A DNA stretch of 64,000 nucleotides from Bigelowiella natans CCMP2755 (lineage: Eukaryota; Protista; Cercozoa), in contig ADNK01000875.1 of the NCBI GenBank assembly GCA_000320545.1, positions 186,001 through 250,000 of the forward strand, in the 5' to 3' direction. How positions within the stretch are numbered: position 1 is the stretch's first letter; each line of letters begins with the position of its first letter. The notes below the pieces were generated by a model. It saw only the letters and a list, made by a program, of their open reading frames with translations. It was not told the DNA's origin and ran no database searches. Shown piece by piece: positions 13,200 through 25,796 of the stretch. Both the position numbers and the translations under genes were made by a program.

Positions 13200-14030
13200 G
13201 GGGTGGTCCAATGATCCGACTGTGACATTTTTGTGCAGCACTTTCTCATTCGTCTTCTTGTCGTACTCGTTACTTCCCCCGAATCTATCCCGAAACTGTT
13301 AGCTATGCTTTATTGGGGTTGCGACAAGTATGTTCCATGTTTCTTTTGCTTTGATGGAGGCCGTTTGGAGCAAGATTGCCTTCGCCCTCAGACGCGACAT
13401 AAGCTCCGCACTGTTCACCAAATCATATCGAACGTGCTCGAACATGGTAGGCGTAGCTTCAGTCAAACATGTTGTTCGGATCTTCCACGCATGCACTAAG
13501 AAATCAAGCAAGGATTTACCAAAAGTTGCTTTGATGTCAACTGCTTGTGGCTGCGGAATCATCGGGAGATGGCTATCTTACAGCACATCAGACTCGCAAA
13601 TTTCCACTTTGCCTCGAAGCAAAGATGGACAGTTACCCGATGGAAAACGAAATAGAAACCAATCGAATTTCCACATCTATGCCCGACCTTAGGCTGATGA
13701 GGGACCAATACAAATGATTGAAAAACTCCTCTCTGTCGCGACGTCTTCAATTGCATTAAGAAGGTCAAAACTTAGTGTTTTGAAACTTGAAGAGTAGGTT
13801 CACGCACAGGGACAATATGTATAGCCCTTAGTTCCTCCAGCAAGCAAAAGGAATCTGTTTTCTCTTGTGGAATGTACATCACCAAAGCAGTGTTAAAAAA
13901 AAACGAATTTGAGAAATGATCAAAGCTTGGAAAGCCAATGTGTGTGACTTCACACCAAGCACCCACAACCTCTAGACCTTCACTTGTTGTAAACAACATT
14001 GTTCGATCGGTGGCCACGTATCGACATCAA
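13200..14030 (-). pseudogene. Degraded coding-like sequence (fragmented ORFs 13299-13562, 13559-13768, 13772-14017), origin unknown (TE, viral or gene remnant)
   Basis: Protein-like ORF pieces separated by stops and frame changes, with no clean splice sites or recognisable family. It abuts the TpA-depleted tract. Confidence 0.3.
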
Positions 14031-14039
14031 CATGCACAA

Positions 14040-15060
14040 ATGGAGCATATTTATCGTCCAATAGTCTAGATTACTGACTGCATGCACATGCAGACGGCAC
14101 ATCTAGACATATCGCATCACATACTAGCATGGGATCCAAGCTAAGCCGTCTCTGACAGATCTACGCAGACGATGCGGTACGGAGCGACGCATTGTGTTGA
14201 CCGTGTATGATGAACAGTGTGCACATGTCTAAGCAAGATACAATGCGTACATACATTATATCACGTCTGCAGTCATCGATCAATGATCGCATCCATCTAG
14301 CCACATGCGTCGCTCGACATCGATCTGTCCGATCCGCCGATGCGATGCTGTGATGTACGTGTGCTTACATCACATTGCACGCACACGCTGCCAGACTACA
14401 GACAACAAAGCTAGAAAGTGCATTTTGCATCATGCATGCGTCTGATGCACACAGAACATGATCGGCGCTTGTCGGCAACATCTTTGGCTAGCGACACAGT
14501 CGAGCGCTAGCGAGATCGCATGACAGTCATCATGCGCATCATTGATCATCGCACAGCACCACGCGTACATGTTGTGGGATCGGCGCACACCTAGCGTAGC
14601 TAGCTAGATGCACCATGCTAGCATTGTAGCATGTGGACATCGCGCTAGCTGTGGCGGTGTGTCACGATCACATCATCATGCAGCACGCTAGCACGTGTGT
14701 GGTGCGTTTGCTTGAAAATTGAGTGTGATGTAGTCCACGCATGCCAGCATGGTCATTTGTCAAGCATTCATTTTCACGCAATTTGCCGATCCGCGGCCAC
14801 CTAGCCACGCATGGCATGTCTTGTCTAGCTACACATTAACTGTGTAGTGTGAAGTGTGGACACAGCCATGCACAGTTGTGCGAGACGTTTGCATTGCTAG
14901 ATTGGACACAGGCATGTTGCACACATCTAGACAAACATGCACACATGCACGTACATCACATTGCACGCCTGTGTAGGTCTAGATCGCATGCGTTACAGTT
15001 GCACACATCTGCTACCGATGCATCGCATATCTAGATACATGTGCAGACACATGTCAGATG
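14040..15060. other. CA/TG-rich, CTAG-enriched non-coding tract (putative hypermutated repeat)
   Basis: In 14281-14940 I count 24 TpA: 14 are CTAG and 6 more are CTA or TAG. CATG, TGCA, CACA and TGTG words are abundant. Confidence 0.7.
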
Positions 15061-15201
15061 TGCCTACTTGTAGCGCCACACAAAGCCTTGCATGTGTATA
15101 AACAACACAGACATAGCTGCATGGTGCACAGTTTTAATTTGTTACAACGTACGCTCGTCGTATGTGTACATGCATGTGTGTATAAATATGTACATATGTG
15201 T

Positions 15202-15205
<4 letters not shown>

Positions 15206-15242
<37 letters not shown>

Positions 15243-15388
15243 TGTGTGTGTGTGTGTGTGTGTACATAATACACGTTTACACATGTACATTGTGTGCCAT
15301 CACGCTCGTCGATTACATTAGCTACACAAATATGCAGCTATAGCTATGTGCATATGTGTCATCACGCTCAACCTATATTCACATATTT

Positions 15389-15467
<79 letters not shown>

Positions 15468-15487
15468 TTGTATTGAGCAAATGGGAG

Positions 15488-15526
<39 letters not shown>
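15206..15526. repeat. Compound microsatellite cluster: (TA)n-(TG)n, (TA)n-(TG)n, (GA)n
   Basis: (TA)n ~15206-15236, (TG)n ~15243-15262, (TA)n ~15396-15423, (TG)n ~15436-15465, (GA)n ~15495-15526. Confidence 0.95.
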
Positions 15527-15527
<1 letters not shown>

Positions 15528-15601
15528 ACTTTTGCGCATATTGTAGGCCTAATAATGCTCTGATATGATATTCATCATCGCATCAACATAAATATTGCTC
15601 C

Positions 15602-18600
15602 CTATTGGATGCAAAGTTCCTTGAAATTGCGAACAGTTTCCTTCATTGACTTTGTGTTGCACTCGGACATGGCCCACCGCTGCCTTGAAGAGTCGTGGAG
15701 GGTTATTTTAAAACAATTTTCGTTGTGGTCCTCCAGCTCCTCCATCGTAAGCGGCGTGGAGACAAGTCTATGCATAACCACCAAGGATGCCAAGTTTCTT
15801 CTGGATCGCCTCGCCGTGCTCATACTGATCAGCCACCGCACTTGCATGTGGTGTAGCGTCTGCAGTGCGGACCGCCTTACATCTGCGGAGTGGTTGTGGA
15901 CACCGCCCTCATCCTCATCCTCCTCCTCATCTGCTACATCAGGGGCGGAGTATTTCCTCCATCCATCGCTAACATCATTATGATCTCTTTTGCAATCATG
16001 ACTACAGTTGTCATCATCATCGTCGTTGCCGTCCTCCATGTCATCATCGCTGCCTGTAAAGCCGAGATACTGGAGCACTGACAACGATTGGTTGGGATCA
16101 GCCTTCATAATCTCGGCGAGAGCTAGCTCTGCAGAGTCGCGGACATGTGCATCCTCATCATTGCATACCTGTAGAATGGGCTTGAGCGCGTGTTCTGCAA
16201 TCTCTGGAATATTCTTCACCACTTCGCCAAGGGCAGCGGCAGCCACCTTCCTTACGTCGTGATCCTCATCGCTGCAAGCTCTACCCAGGCTCTGCAGAAC
16301 CGTGGAAGCTAAGGATGTTTTTGCTTTTGCTATTTCCGACATTGCAAACACCGCTCCACGCCTTACCAACCACTCCTCGCTGCTATCATATGCTGTGATG
16401 AGTTTCTTAAGGGAATCCTTGGCCCGAGAAAGGTCCGCCTTCGTCGCTACCCCGAATGCGTGCACAGCTGCGATCCATGCGCTCTTATCCTGCTCTTTCA
16501 TGCACGCAGCAAGGAGGGTTCTGAGGACGAGCGGACACTTGGCTGGCTCCATGGATATAACCTGTGCAATCGAAGTCATCGCTGCACGCCGTACCTCCAC
16601 CTCTTCGTCATGGCTGCAGGTCAGCAGCGGGCGAACAACATCTGAGGCTTGGGAGGGGTCAATCTGGACGATCCTTCCCAGGGCATCCACTGCTAATACT
16701 CGCACATCGACATCCTCGTCGGAGCAGGCCTGGATAAGCGGCTGCATAACTGCTATTGCTTGGTAGGGATCGACTTGCACAACATCGACGAGGGCTGGAA
16801 CGGCGCTCCTCCTTACCCTCCAATCTTCATCCTTGCATGCCATTACGAGAGCTCGTCGCATAGGCTGTGCCAATACGGAGTGGCGCTTGACAGAATCGCC
16901 AAAAGCTGCAACGGCCAGCTTACGCACATGCCAGTCCTCGTCCATTCCAGCGGCTATCAGGCACTTCAGGGCCGCATGCTTCTCAAATCCCTCCTTTTTG
17001 TAGTCATTATTGTTGAATGACGAGGATGATGATGACACCTCGATTACCTCAGGGAGTGCAGGAATAGCTCCACGCCTGATTCTCCAATCCTTATCCCTAC
17101 AGGCCGCGAGTAACGGCTTTAGCACAACCTTAGCGTGTGACTTATCTGCCTTAAGCACGCCGGTTATCGCCACAATCGCGGACCATCGAATATCCTTACG
17201 ATCCTCATACTCCTCCTCCTCCTCCTCCTCCTCCTCTTCTTCTTCGCTACATGTATGGGGTGTTGCAGCTATGATCAAGGGTTGGAGGACAAGGCTTGCT
17301 TGGGTTTTGTCTGCCTTCACCACACGCGTGATGGTAGCCACCGCGATGCGTCGCAATCGCCAGTCCTTGCACGCAGACACAAGTGGTTTAAGCGCTGCAG
17401 ACACGTACAGAGGATTGTGCATTACGATCCTTCCTACAGAGGCCATCGCTAGAATCTTCACCTCATTCACTTTGTCGTCACACGCATCAATGAGGCTGTT
17501 GAATAATTGCTTTTTCTCAGGACTCAGCAGACTCCCTGGCTCATTTACCCTTGCGACTGCTGGCAGTACCGCCACGGCCCCTCGCCGGCGGGTCCATTCC
17601 GCATCCTTAGTGTAGGCGAGAAGCGTTGGGAAGATTCTACGGACGACCTTGAAGTAATGTACCTCCACAATATCCCCGAATGCGTGCACAGAACTCAGCC
17701 AAACCTGTCGCTCTTCATCAGCACAACCGTTTATCAGGCCCTTAAGACAAGCAAATGCATGGAGCGGTGCGGCGACGCCGACCTTCCTCACCGCCTGTAC
17801 CGCACAGGAGCGCACATCTGGGTCCGTATCGTTGAGTAGCAAGGCGATCAAGGGCCCTACAGCCTTCCTCGCCACCTCAGGGTAAGCGTTCACGAGCTCG
17901 CCTAGCGCATGGGCGGAGGCGATGCGGACGTTCTCGGAATGGTGGGAGCAGCCGGGGATCCATATTGAGGTGAATGAATCTAGCCGTAGTAAGCTCGGTA
18001 ACACAGCCACAGCCTCAACGACGGTGCGATGGATGCGGAAGTCGATCTCAGGCAGTAACTCTGCTCTTGCCACAGCTCTGAGGCCTGCCTCGGCCCATGA
18101 TTTGAGGGTAATAAGATCCTTTGACATGGACTTATACTCCTCAAACTTACCACTGGAGAGCCCGAGACACTCATGGATGCACTTGAGTTTCAGCACGAGA
18201 TGCTGTAGGCCTACAATCTCAATCGGGGGGGTATCGATTACGCCTACGATCCTGTCGAACCGCGTCCAAGTGCTCCCCTCGAGAACACGGAACAGTTCTC
18301 CAGCCATGAACTGCAGTATACGCCGCCGTGTGAAGTTATATTTATGACGCTTAATGAATTCCCGCGCTTCCTTCCCCTTCTCCTCGTCACCGCACGTCAG
18401 TAGGCGCGCGAGGGCCACGCCAGCAAAGAATTCTTTGTAGAGCGTATGTACCACATGAGGCTCCGCGCCGCCCTGATCCGCATCTTCGTCATACCGGACG
18501 AACCCGCAGTTCTCAAGCATCGCTCGGATGTACGAGGACTTTATTTTGCTCTCTGCACCCTGAATTGTCTTAAGGACCTCATGGTAGCCGTCGAGCTGGC

Positions 18601-21600
18601 GCATGGAGAGGTAACCTAACGTCTGGAGGAAAATCTCCATGTCATCCTCACAGAGCTCTTCACCAAACAGATCCCTTCTAATCCGCAGGTTTGCCCATCT
18701 ATCTCTAAAAATTCTATAGAAGATCGCTGAGAGGCTTTCCATATTCATCAATTGCCTTGTTCCTCTTCTTCTCCTTCTCCTTCTTCTTCTTCTTCCACTA
18801 CCACCATTCCTGCTGGTGCTGCTAGTATTATTCTTCCCGAGACTGCTGCTGCCACTAGCTACAGTAGAGGGTATACTAGTCCTAATGCTGCTGTTGCTGC
18901 TGCTACTCTGGCTACTACTGACTGTTGCGATCATGATAGCGCTGCCATCATCCTTGCCATTGCTCTGCGGTTGAAAAAGGTCTACCTCGCAGAGTGCACA
19001 TATCATCTCCAGCTGAAAAGGCACGCTGGCCATCATCTGGATGTGCGAATTCTTGTTGATGAAGGAAAGCACCTGTGCGGTGGTCGCCATATTTGTCGTA
19101 GCCTCGTCAAGGTTATCCTCAGTTTTTATCCTCGCTTCTGCTACAGTCGTAGGTTTAGCCTCAACTAGCTCCTCGTGAAAATACTTCTGAACAAAGGCCC
19201 GGATTGATTTGCCAGAGAATTTGCCAATGCTTACGTGCAGATCGACTGCTCCCTCCTCTATGTGGTTGTAACCCTCGTCCTCTGTAATAGAGGTCCAGAG
19301 TCGATGTACGTTCTTGCCACACTTCTCTGCCTCTGACAGCAGATGACCCACGCCGTGCCTGCACTCGTCTAGTCCATCCAAGACCAGCAACACCTTGAAT
19401 AGATGATTGTCGATTTGGCTCTGGACTTCCCTCTTCAAGCAACTTCTCCTTTGCACGTCTTCCTCGTCCATCTCCTTGTTGCCTTTCTTCTTTTCACTAG
19501 TCCTGCTCAAAGATGAATTCCTTGTCGTCGTATTCCCTTTGCGAGGAATGAGCAGCAGGTTTACGATAGCTTCGGAGAGGCTCTTCCACTGAGGCTTGAG
19601 CTTCCTGACGGGAATCATGTACACGGCATCGAATACGTCTCTTGCCCATTCTTGGATGGCCCAACGATACACTAGCCGTGTACACAGGGTCGTCTTGCCG
19701 CTTCCAGCAGGGCCCTTAAGGAGCACGCATCGAGGAATGCCCTTATCACCGTTAGGGAGCTGTATGGGATTGAAAATATCCTCCACTCGCAAAGTCGTCT
19801 GCGAGTTGGTAACGCTTTCGTACAGACCGAGCAGCTCGGCACTTTCGTTCCCATGATTCTCCACCTCGCTTCGAGGGCTCTTCAGAACACGTAATACGAG
19901 CTCATCGGTCATCTTGCTCATATTTTTCCTTCTCTTGTAGTAATAATTGTTGGGGACGTCTCTCTTGAGGACGGGCTCCACGTATCCATCGGCGAAGGTG
20001 CGTTTCCGCCCCGACATCGACGGCATGTACTTGCAAGCCTTCTGATAGTGCCGGCTTAGCAGTCCTTCTATCTCCTCGGAGCTGCGAGCGTCCTCCTCTC
20101 GCTGCTTATGCAGCTCTCTCTCCTTTTGGAACTTCTTCTTCACCTCCTTGGTGACCTTGCTATACAGTGTAACACCATCGCCTCCTCCAGCAGGCTGTTT
20201 CTTCCTCTGAGTTTCCTCTCGCATTTGCTTGATCATTTTCACTTTTGTCCTCTGTGAGAGCTTTCCTATCCAGCTTAGGACTAAAGTAGCTGGGGTTTCC
20301 CCCCGAACATTGCAGGCGGCGCAGAAAAAGAAGATGTTTTTTTTCCTGCCCTTCCCTGAATTCCGCGCATCCGTGATGCATGTATCTAGGTTAATGGTGG
20401 CCATGGATGCGACCTGTTTCTTGCCCTCGATTGATATCACGGCAAGGGCCGTCAACATTGCGTGCACTAAATCCTTGTCATACTTCCATCCTGGTCATTA
20501 TTAATCATCCACAGAATTTTGGTATAATTAGTAGATATGATGCAACAATTTTTTCTTTCATAATTGTCCTTTGAAAAATATGCTTAGCATCATAACAATC
20601 TTACTTGTGCAAGGTATCATCAGCATCTGTTGTTGTATTTATATTAATAATTATATGGATATGAATGTCGCTACCTGCATCCTCTCCGAACCTCCTCTCG
20701 ATCCCTAGCAGCGACGCGATCCAAGTGACCGCCCGGACGCGTACCTTTGGCGTCTTTCCACGTAGAGCAATACTTGTCAGTTGCTGCACAACGGCGTAGC
20801 GCATGGCCATTATCCCGTCGGCTGTGGAATTGCTCTTATCTGGACGATCAATGTAATCTTCTCCACCGCCGTCATTGGTATTCTCTTTATCATCATCTCT
20901 CTCCTCCTCCTCCTCCTCCTCCTCCTCTCCAAGTCCTGGGAGATTCTGTAATCCAACTTCGAAATACTTGATAAAATATTCCTGTCCTTTTTTCTCCTCA
21001 AGACTGCAGGCTGCAGCATATGCCATGCTTTTAAGCCACTCATACCATTTCTTCCCTTTCTCATTTGGTGGATCCTTGTTGTTGCTGCATCCTCCTAAAA
21101 GTAGCTTGAGATCCTTCTCAATATCATCCGAATCCTTTCCATCAGAGAATGGACAAAGAGCATACACTACGTCGCTGATTCCCTCTTCGACCTCAAAAAG
21201 ATTATTTTCCTCTCGGAAGAAGCTATCATCCATTATCCTCGCACCTTTATGTGTAGGATTCTTCTTACCTGGAGCCTCTAAGAGTCTCTTGTTCAGCTCG
21301 AGGCTCTTCGCCAGTAGAGTGGCCTGAAAGTGATAGGGATAATACTCCGACTTTCTCACAACACGCAGCTTTTCCTTGAACCTCGCGTAAAGACTGTCTT
21401 TCTTCTCGAGTGACCAGCTGTCTTCGTGAACCTGGCGCATAATTATGAGTGCCTGGCACGTGGATATTAGCATATCCCGACTGCGAATATACGTCTTGGC
21501 TATGTAGCGTGAAGGATCGTCGGGTAGCCTCTCAAGCATCACCTGGCACACATCGTGCAGCATGTAAATATTATGGCCGAACAACAATGGATCTAGTGCA

Positions 21601-22103
21601 CGTAGCACATGCTTCGTTCCCAGTCCAATCTTTGACTCTGAGTCACCGCTGTCGAGCTTCGTCCTCCACGTCTCAAAGTAACCATGTAATAAATCTGCCT
21701 GCCGGGCCTCTGCATTCAGTCGCGCCTGCGCTAGACGGCTGTACTCAATGATGTCAGTCTCATCAATCTTTGAGAGCGCCATCTTGCTAAAGTAATATGT
21801 GTACTCCTGGAACAGTCGCTGATAGATGACCTTGTCAGTCTGGGCACTAGTCTTGCTGTTGAGAGTTGCGACGAGGCCTGAGGTACTACTAATATTATTC
21901 AAGGCATCTTGAATATCCTGCAAGGAACTAGTTCCTAAAACCTGTGGGTGAGAAGCGAAGAGGTGGTTTTTACGAAGGAATTAATGATCAACATGTAATT
22001 ATAATTCCATATGCATTCACCTGACGAATGAGAGATAATAATTTCGAAAATTTATTCTTCGGAAGTATACCTGTGAAGATACTCTTGTATTTTTTGAATC
22101 CAT
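15602..22103 (-). CDS. NACHT NTPase + C-terminal HEAT repeats (NLR-like STAND protein), ~2,062 aa; exons 22103-22071, 21941-20675, 20490-15602
   Basis: Walker A GPAGSGKTT, Walker B VLLVLDGLDE, helical-domain motif MASVPFQLEMIC and winged-helix-like HTLYKEFFAG are present. Many HEAT units follow (e.g. ACKDEDWRVRRSAVPAL, ACSDEDVDVRVLAVDALG). Intron phases 0 and 1 match and the CDS is 6,189 nt. The first exon is the least certain part. Confidence 0.88.
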
Positions 22104-23161
22104 TCCTCCTCGAAGGATTCCCTAGGATTCCCTCTCCAAGGATCTTTCGTTCAATTTTGATACTTAGCCAGTAATTACACTTCGTGTCAGAAATTCATCC
22201 TCTCGAGTTTCTACTTAGGAAACAACATACATGAGAGAGTAGCGGAACATATGCAATTCTCGAAGCGAAAACCATTGCGCTTTGCCTAGGAAATTTACTG
22301 AACAATATCCCAAAGTCCTTTAATGTGCATCGTGAAGCATTACTGACGAAAAGTTTATATGTAAGCGGGGGGGTTGCACCTCCTCCTTCCAAGGGCATCG
22401 TTCGGCTGCACGCACGACTTTGAGATGATTAACCTGATACATCTCCCAATATTTACGGTCCGGACAAAAAAGGCCTGCATTCTCGCTTTTTTGCACGGGT
22501 ATTTATATGTCGTTTGTCGCAAAATTCATGGTTCAAAAGAAAGATGCAGTATTCGCGTAGCACGCAACTGTTCTAACTGTTCTTCTTTGCGTATTCTTGT
22601 CTCAGGACTTCTTTTCAGCCAAATTCAGATCGAAATGCAGGTCGCACATAGCACAGTCTCAAACAGACAACAATGCGCATGTCACACGTGGAAGAGATAG
22701 CATCTATGTCGCACGGACCATAACGACCTTGGAACAGGGATTATGGACGAGCCTCTCATCCTAATCTCTTCCAATCCGCCTTTATCATTGTTGACATACT
22801 CGAACGTTTCTGACAGTAGAGTGCTCGAAACCGAAATTTATCTGGACAGAAACACTGACGATTCCGTGCGTGCGACATGTATATTATCGGTAGTCACATA
22901 AATACTCGGTAACCGTGGGTTTCTGCAGCCGAAGAACATTGCCCCTCCCCTCGTGGCTTACATCCACGATAGCACCCACGGTTTTACTTAAATTTTTACG
23001 CATCGTTCACCTTTCATTCCGAGCGCTGTGACTGCAAAAGCGCATCTGAGAACTGTGACGTATCATGCATGTGCATGCAAATGAAGTTTGGCATTTTTTT
23101 GCTTTATTATTTGTTTCCTATTTCGTTCCAGGTGGTCAACATAAAAGAACTCCGATAACCA

Positions 23162-24857
23162 ATGCCTTCCTGTGACTTTCGTGTCCAGTGCGGACGGTGC
23201 GATTCTGATGCAGAGCAGCAAGCTTGCACAAAACTTTGGCTTACATTTGGGATTCTATATGGAGTAATCGGTTTGCTCATTTTAGCACAAAATTCTTCAC
23301 AATCGATGGCCAAAAAGTAAGGATTACTTATTCAGTTCCTTATTTTTGATGACAATGAGCTATGATCGTAGACCGGACCTGTTACGTCGCGTTCTATCAC
23401 TATGGGGATTCGCATGCTTGTGTCGGGTTGTGGTAAGAGAGCATCCTGTAACCGAATCGTTTACGGTTGATGTTTGTTTATTTTTGCCAGGGAGCGGTTA
23501 TCCTCGCCACCCACACCGATGAAGATGTTCATCCAATCGTGTTAGAAATGTTGTGGCACGTGGTAGGAAAAAACTCATCAACATATTCTCTTTAGGGGGT
23601 AATTTACGGACCACATTTTCAGGTGTGGCTTTGTGGATGCTTTGCCTTAACTTATTTCATCACGGTAGGAACTGTGCTGAAGCAAACTTCTCTACTCATG
23701 ACTGCATTGAATACAAAAGCGAATATTCACGACTCAATATCTTCTGTAGGTCATATTGAACGTTCTTAGCCGAGTGTCAGGGATGTCCCTAAAAACAGCT
23801 ATTCCGGTAAGAATAGTTGTACGGCATTGAAGGATGAAATCTTTATATTTTAGAAGAGTCTAGACACTATGGATGAAAGTCCTAGAAAAGAAAGCTGTAA
23901 TGAATTTAGCATATTTGAATAGCATATTGCCACGAAAACATCAAGGTATCTCAATACGTTACCTGTCTCAACTTGGGATGGGCTCTGGTCTTTGTCGTTC
24001 TCTCGATCGCTGATGGATTGAATCCTGGTTGGCCAAGACCTGGGGTTCAATGGCTCGTATGGATGTTTTGTGCAATGTAACATAAAAAAAGAAGATGATT
24101 TAGCAAGATTATTTTGCAGCGACTGACAGCTGATATATTGCGAACTTCCACAGTTACCTCTTCGCTGGCACCTGTTATGCTGTATTCAAACTGGACAAAT
24201 TGTACGGAACAGATTCGATTTCTAAAGAATAAGATTAGTGGAGAGGGGAAGGAAGATATCTCCTCTGTTAAGCTATGATACACGTGTCAAGGGTTCTTTG
24301 TAATTAAGATTTCTTTGTGGTATTACTGTTCGTGTGTGTCTGCTGGTGGTGTCTGGATAAGCAGGATTGGAAAGACAAACACAAAGAAGGCCCCGTCGAT
24401 GACCACTAACCGAAATGTGCAGAAGACCAGCAATATGATGAACTTGCTACGAATGTTCTCTTGGGCAATTATCCTCGGATTAGGGGCCTACTCACTTTTC
24501 CTTCCATGCCTGGCTATCCTGCGCCTCGCCTTTGCAGAAGAAAACGACGTGTTTGCTGAGACAATTATCACGGCTTTCCACCAGGTGGGCATGCTATGTA
24601 TGGGACTTGGAATGCAGTTCGGAACCAGTAAGATCTCCGAGCGGTATTTATCGTCTAAAGGCAGCAAGGGAACTACTAAGTCTGAAGACCCTACTAAGGA
24701 CCGAAGCAAATTTTTGCAGAATACACCGACGAGTTTTAACGATGGAACGATAATACCATCCAGGATGGCCAGCACGCCCCTGGGCAGGACCTCCGTTTTC
24801 GATGCAAAGTACAGAGCTGGCTCGCTTGCCACTACGCCTGTAGGTTGGAAGCTCTGA
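23162..24857 (+). CDS. Multi-exon polytopic membrane protein, possibly 7TM/GPCR-like; exon structure only partly resolved; may extend to 25282
   Basis: Short GT-AG-bounded exons give hydrophobic helices LWLTFGILYGVIGLLILA, VLSLWGFACLCRGAVILA, WLCGCFALTYFIT/VILNVL, ISLWYYCSCVSAGGVWIS, FSWAIILGLGAYSLFLPCLAIL and IITAFHQVGMLCMGLGM. The N-terminus is Cys-rich and the C-tail is S/T/K-rich. Confidence 0.45.
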
Positions 24858-25605
24858 TCGATAGTAACAACCGACTCCATGACTTTCCATAATTTTCAAT
24901 TACAGTGCAATGAACATTGTGTATTCTTAACGATAAGGCTGGAAAACAAATAACCAGTTGTGTCGATGTGATAATAATGTGTGATACATAATCAGCAGGA
25001 ATCTGTAAAAAGAAGAATTCTGCCTTCATTCCAGCCACAGACAAGATGCCAACACCTTTGGATCTGAATTTAAAGAATCAAAGAAATTTCATTGTAAACC
25101 AATGTAACCTCGCGGAGATGCCAAAATTGAATGGAGATCTTCAGATGTTCCATGAGTCCGAAACTAACACTACTGGTATCGAAGTGAAGCGGAAGGAAGA
25201 GCAGCTTATGGAGGATTTAAATTTGGCAATAGCTAAGAAAAAACTTGATCTCGAGGGATCAAAATCAATTACGCACGATTGATGGTCTATCCAAGTCCGA
25301 TCGCATGAAATGCAGAAATTCACAAATACAATGATCTGCCAGCTAGTTTGATGCCATTTAGTTCAGCTTTATTTGTGAATATGGCGTATAGTATGTAATC
25401 TTTTCAATAATATATACGTGTAAAAATGATCTTACACGATATCAATATATCTGTTTTGAATTCTTTGTGTCCATGGAGCATATAACACGCAACACCAATT
25501 ATCGCTTCTCAATGGCACATGTAGCGTGCTAGCGTGTGGTAGATGTACATGTACAAGATCAATTGCTCTTAGCTATGCAATACGGAAATATATTAATATG
25601 CACAT

Positions 25606-25606
<1 letters not shown>

Positions 25607-25657
<51 letters not shown>
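25607..25657. repeat. (CA)n(TA)n compound microsatellite in a convergent intergenic gap
   Basis: Seen directly. Confidence 0.95.
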
Positions 25658-25659
<2 letters not shown>

Positions 25660-25796
25660 TATTGGCTGATGTATACACAAAATAGATAGCTAGATATGCT
25701 AAAGCGCAGCTTCGCATATGTTGTTGCACATGTAGATTTGCATGATTGCTGTTTAATTGTTCTTTATCGCAAATTCCTCTGGTGAATCATCATTTA

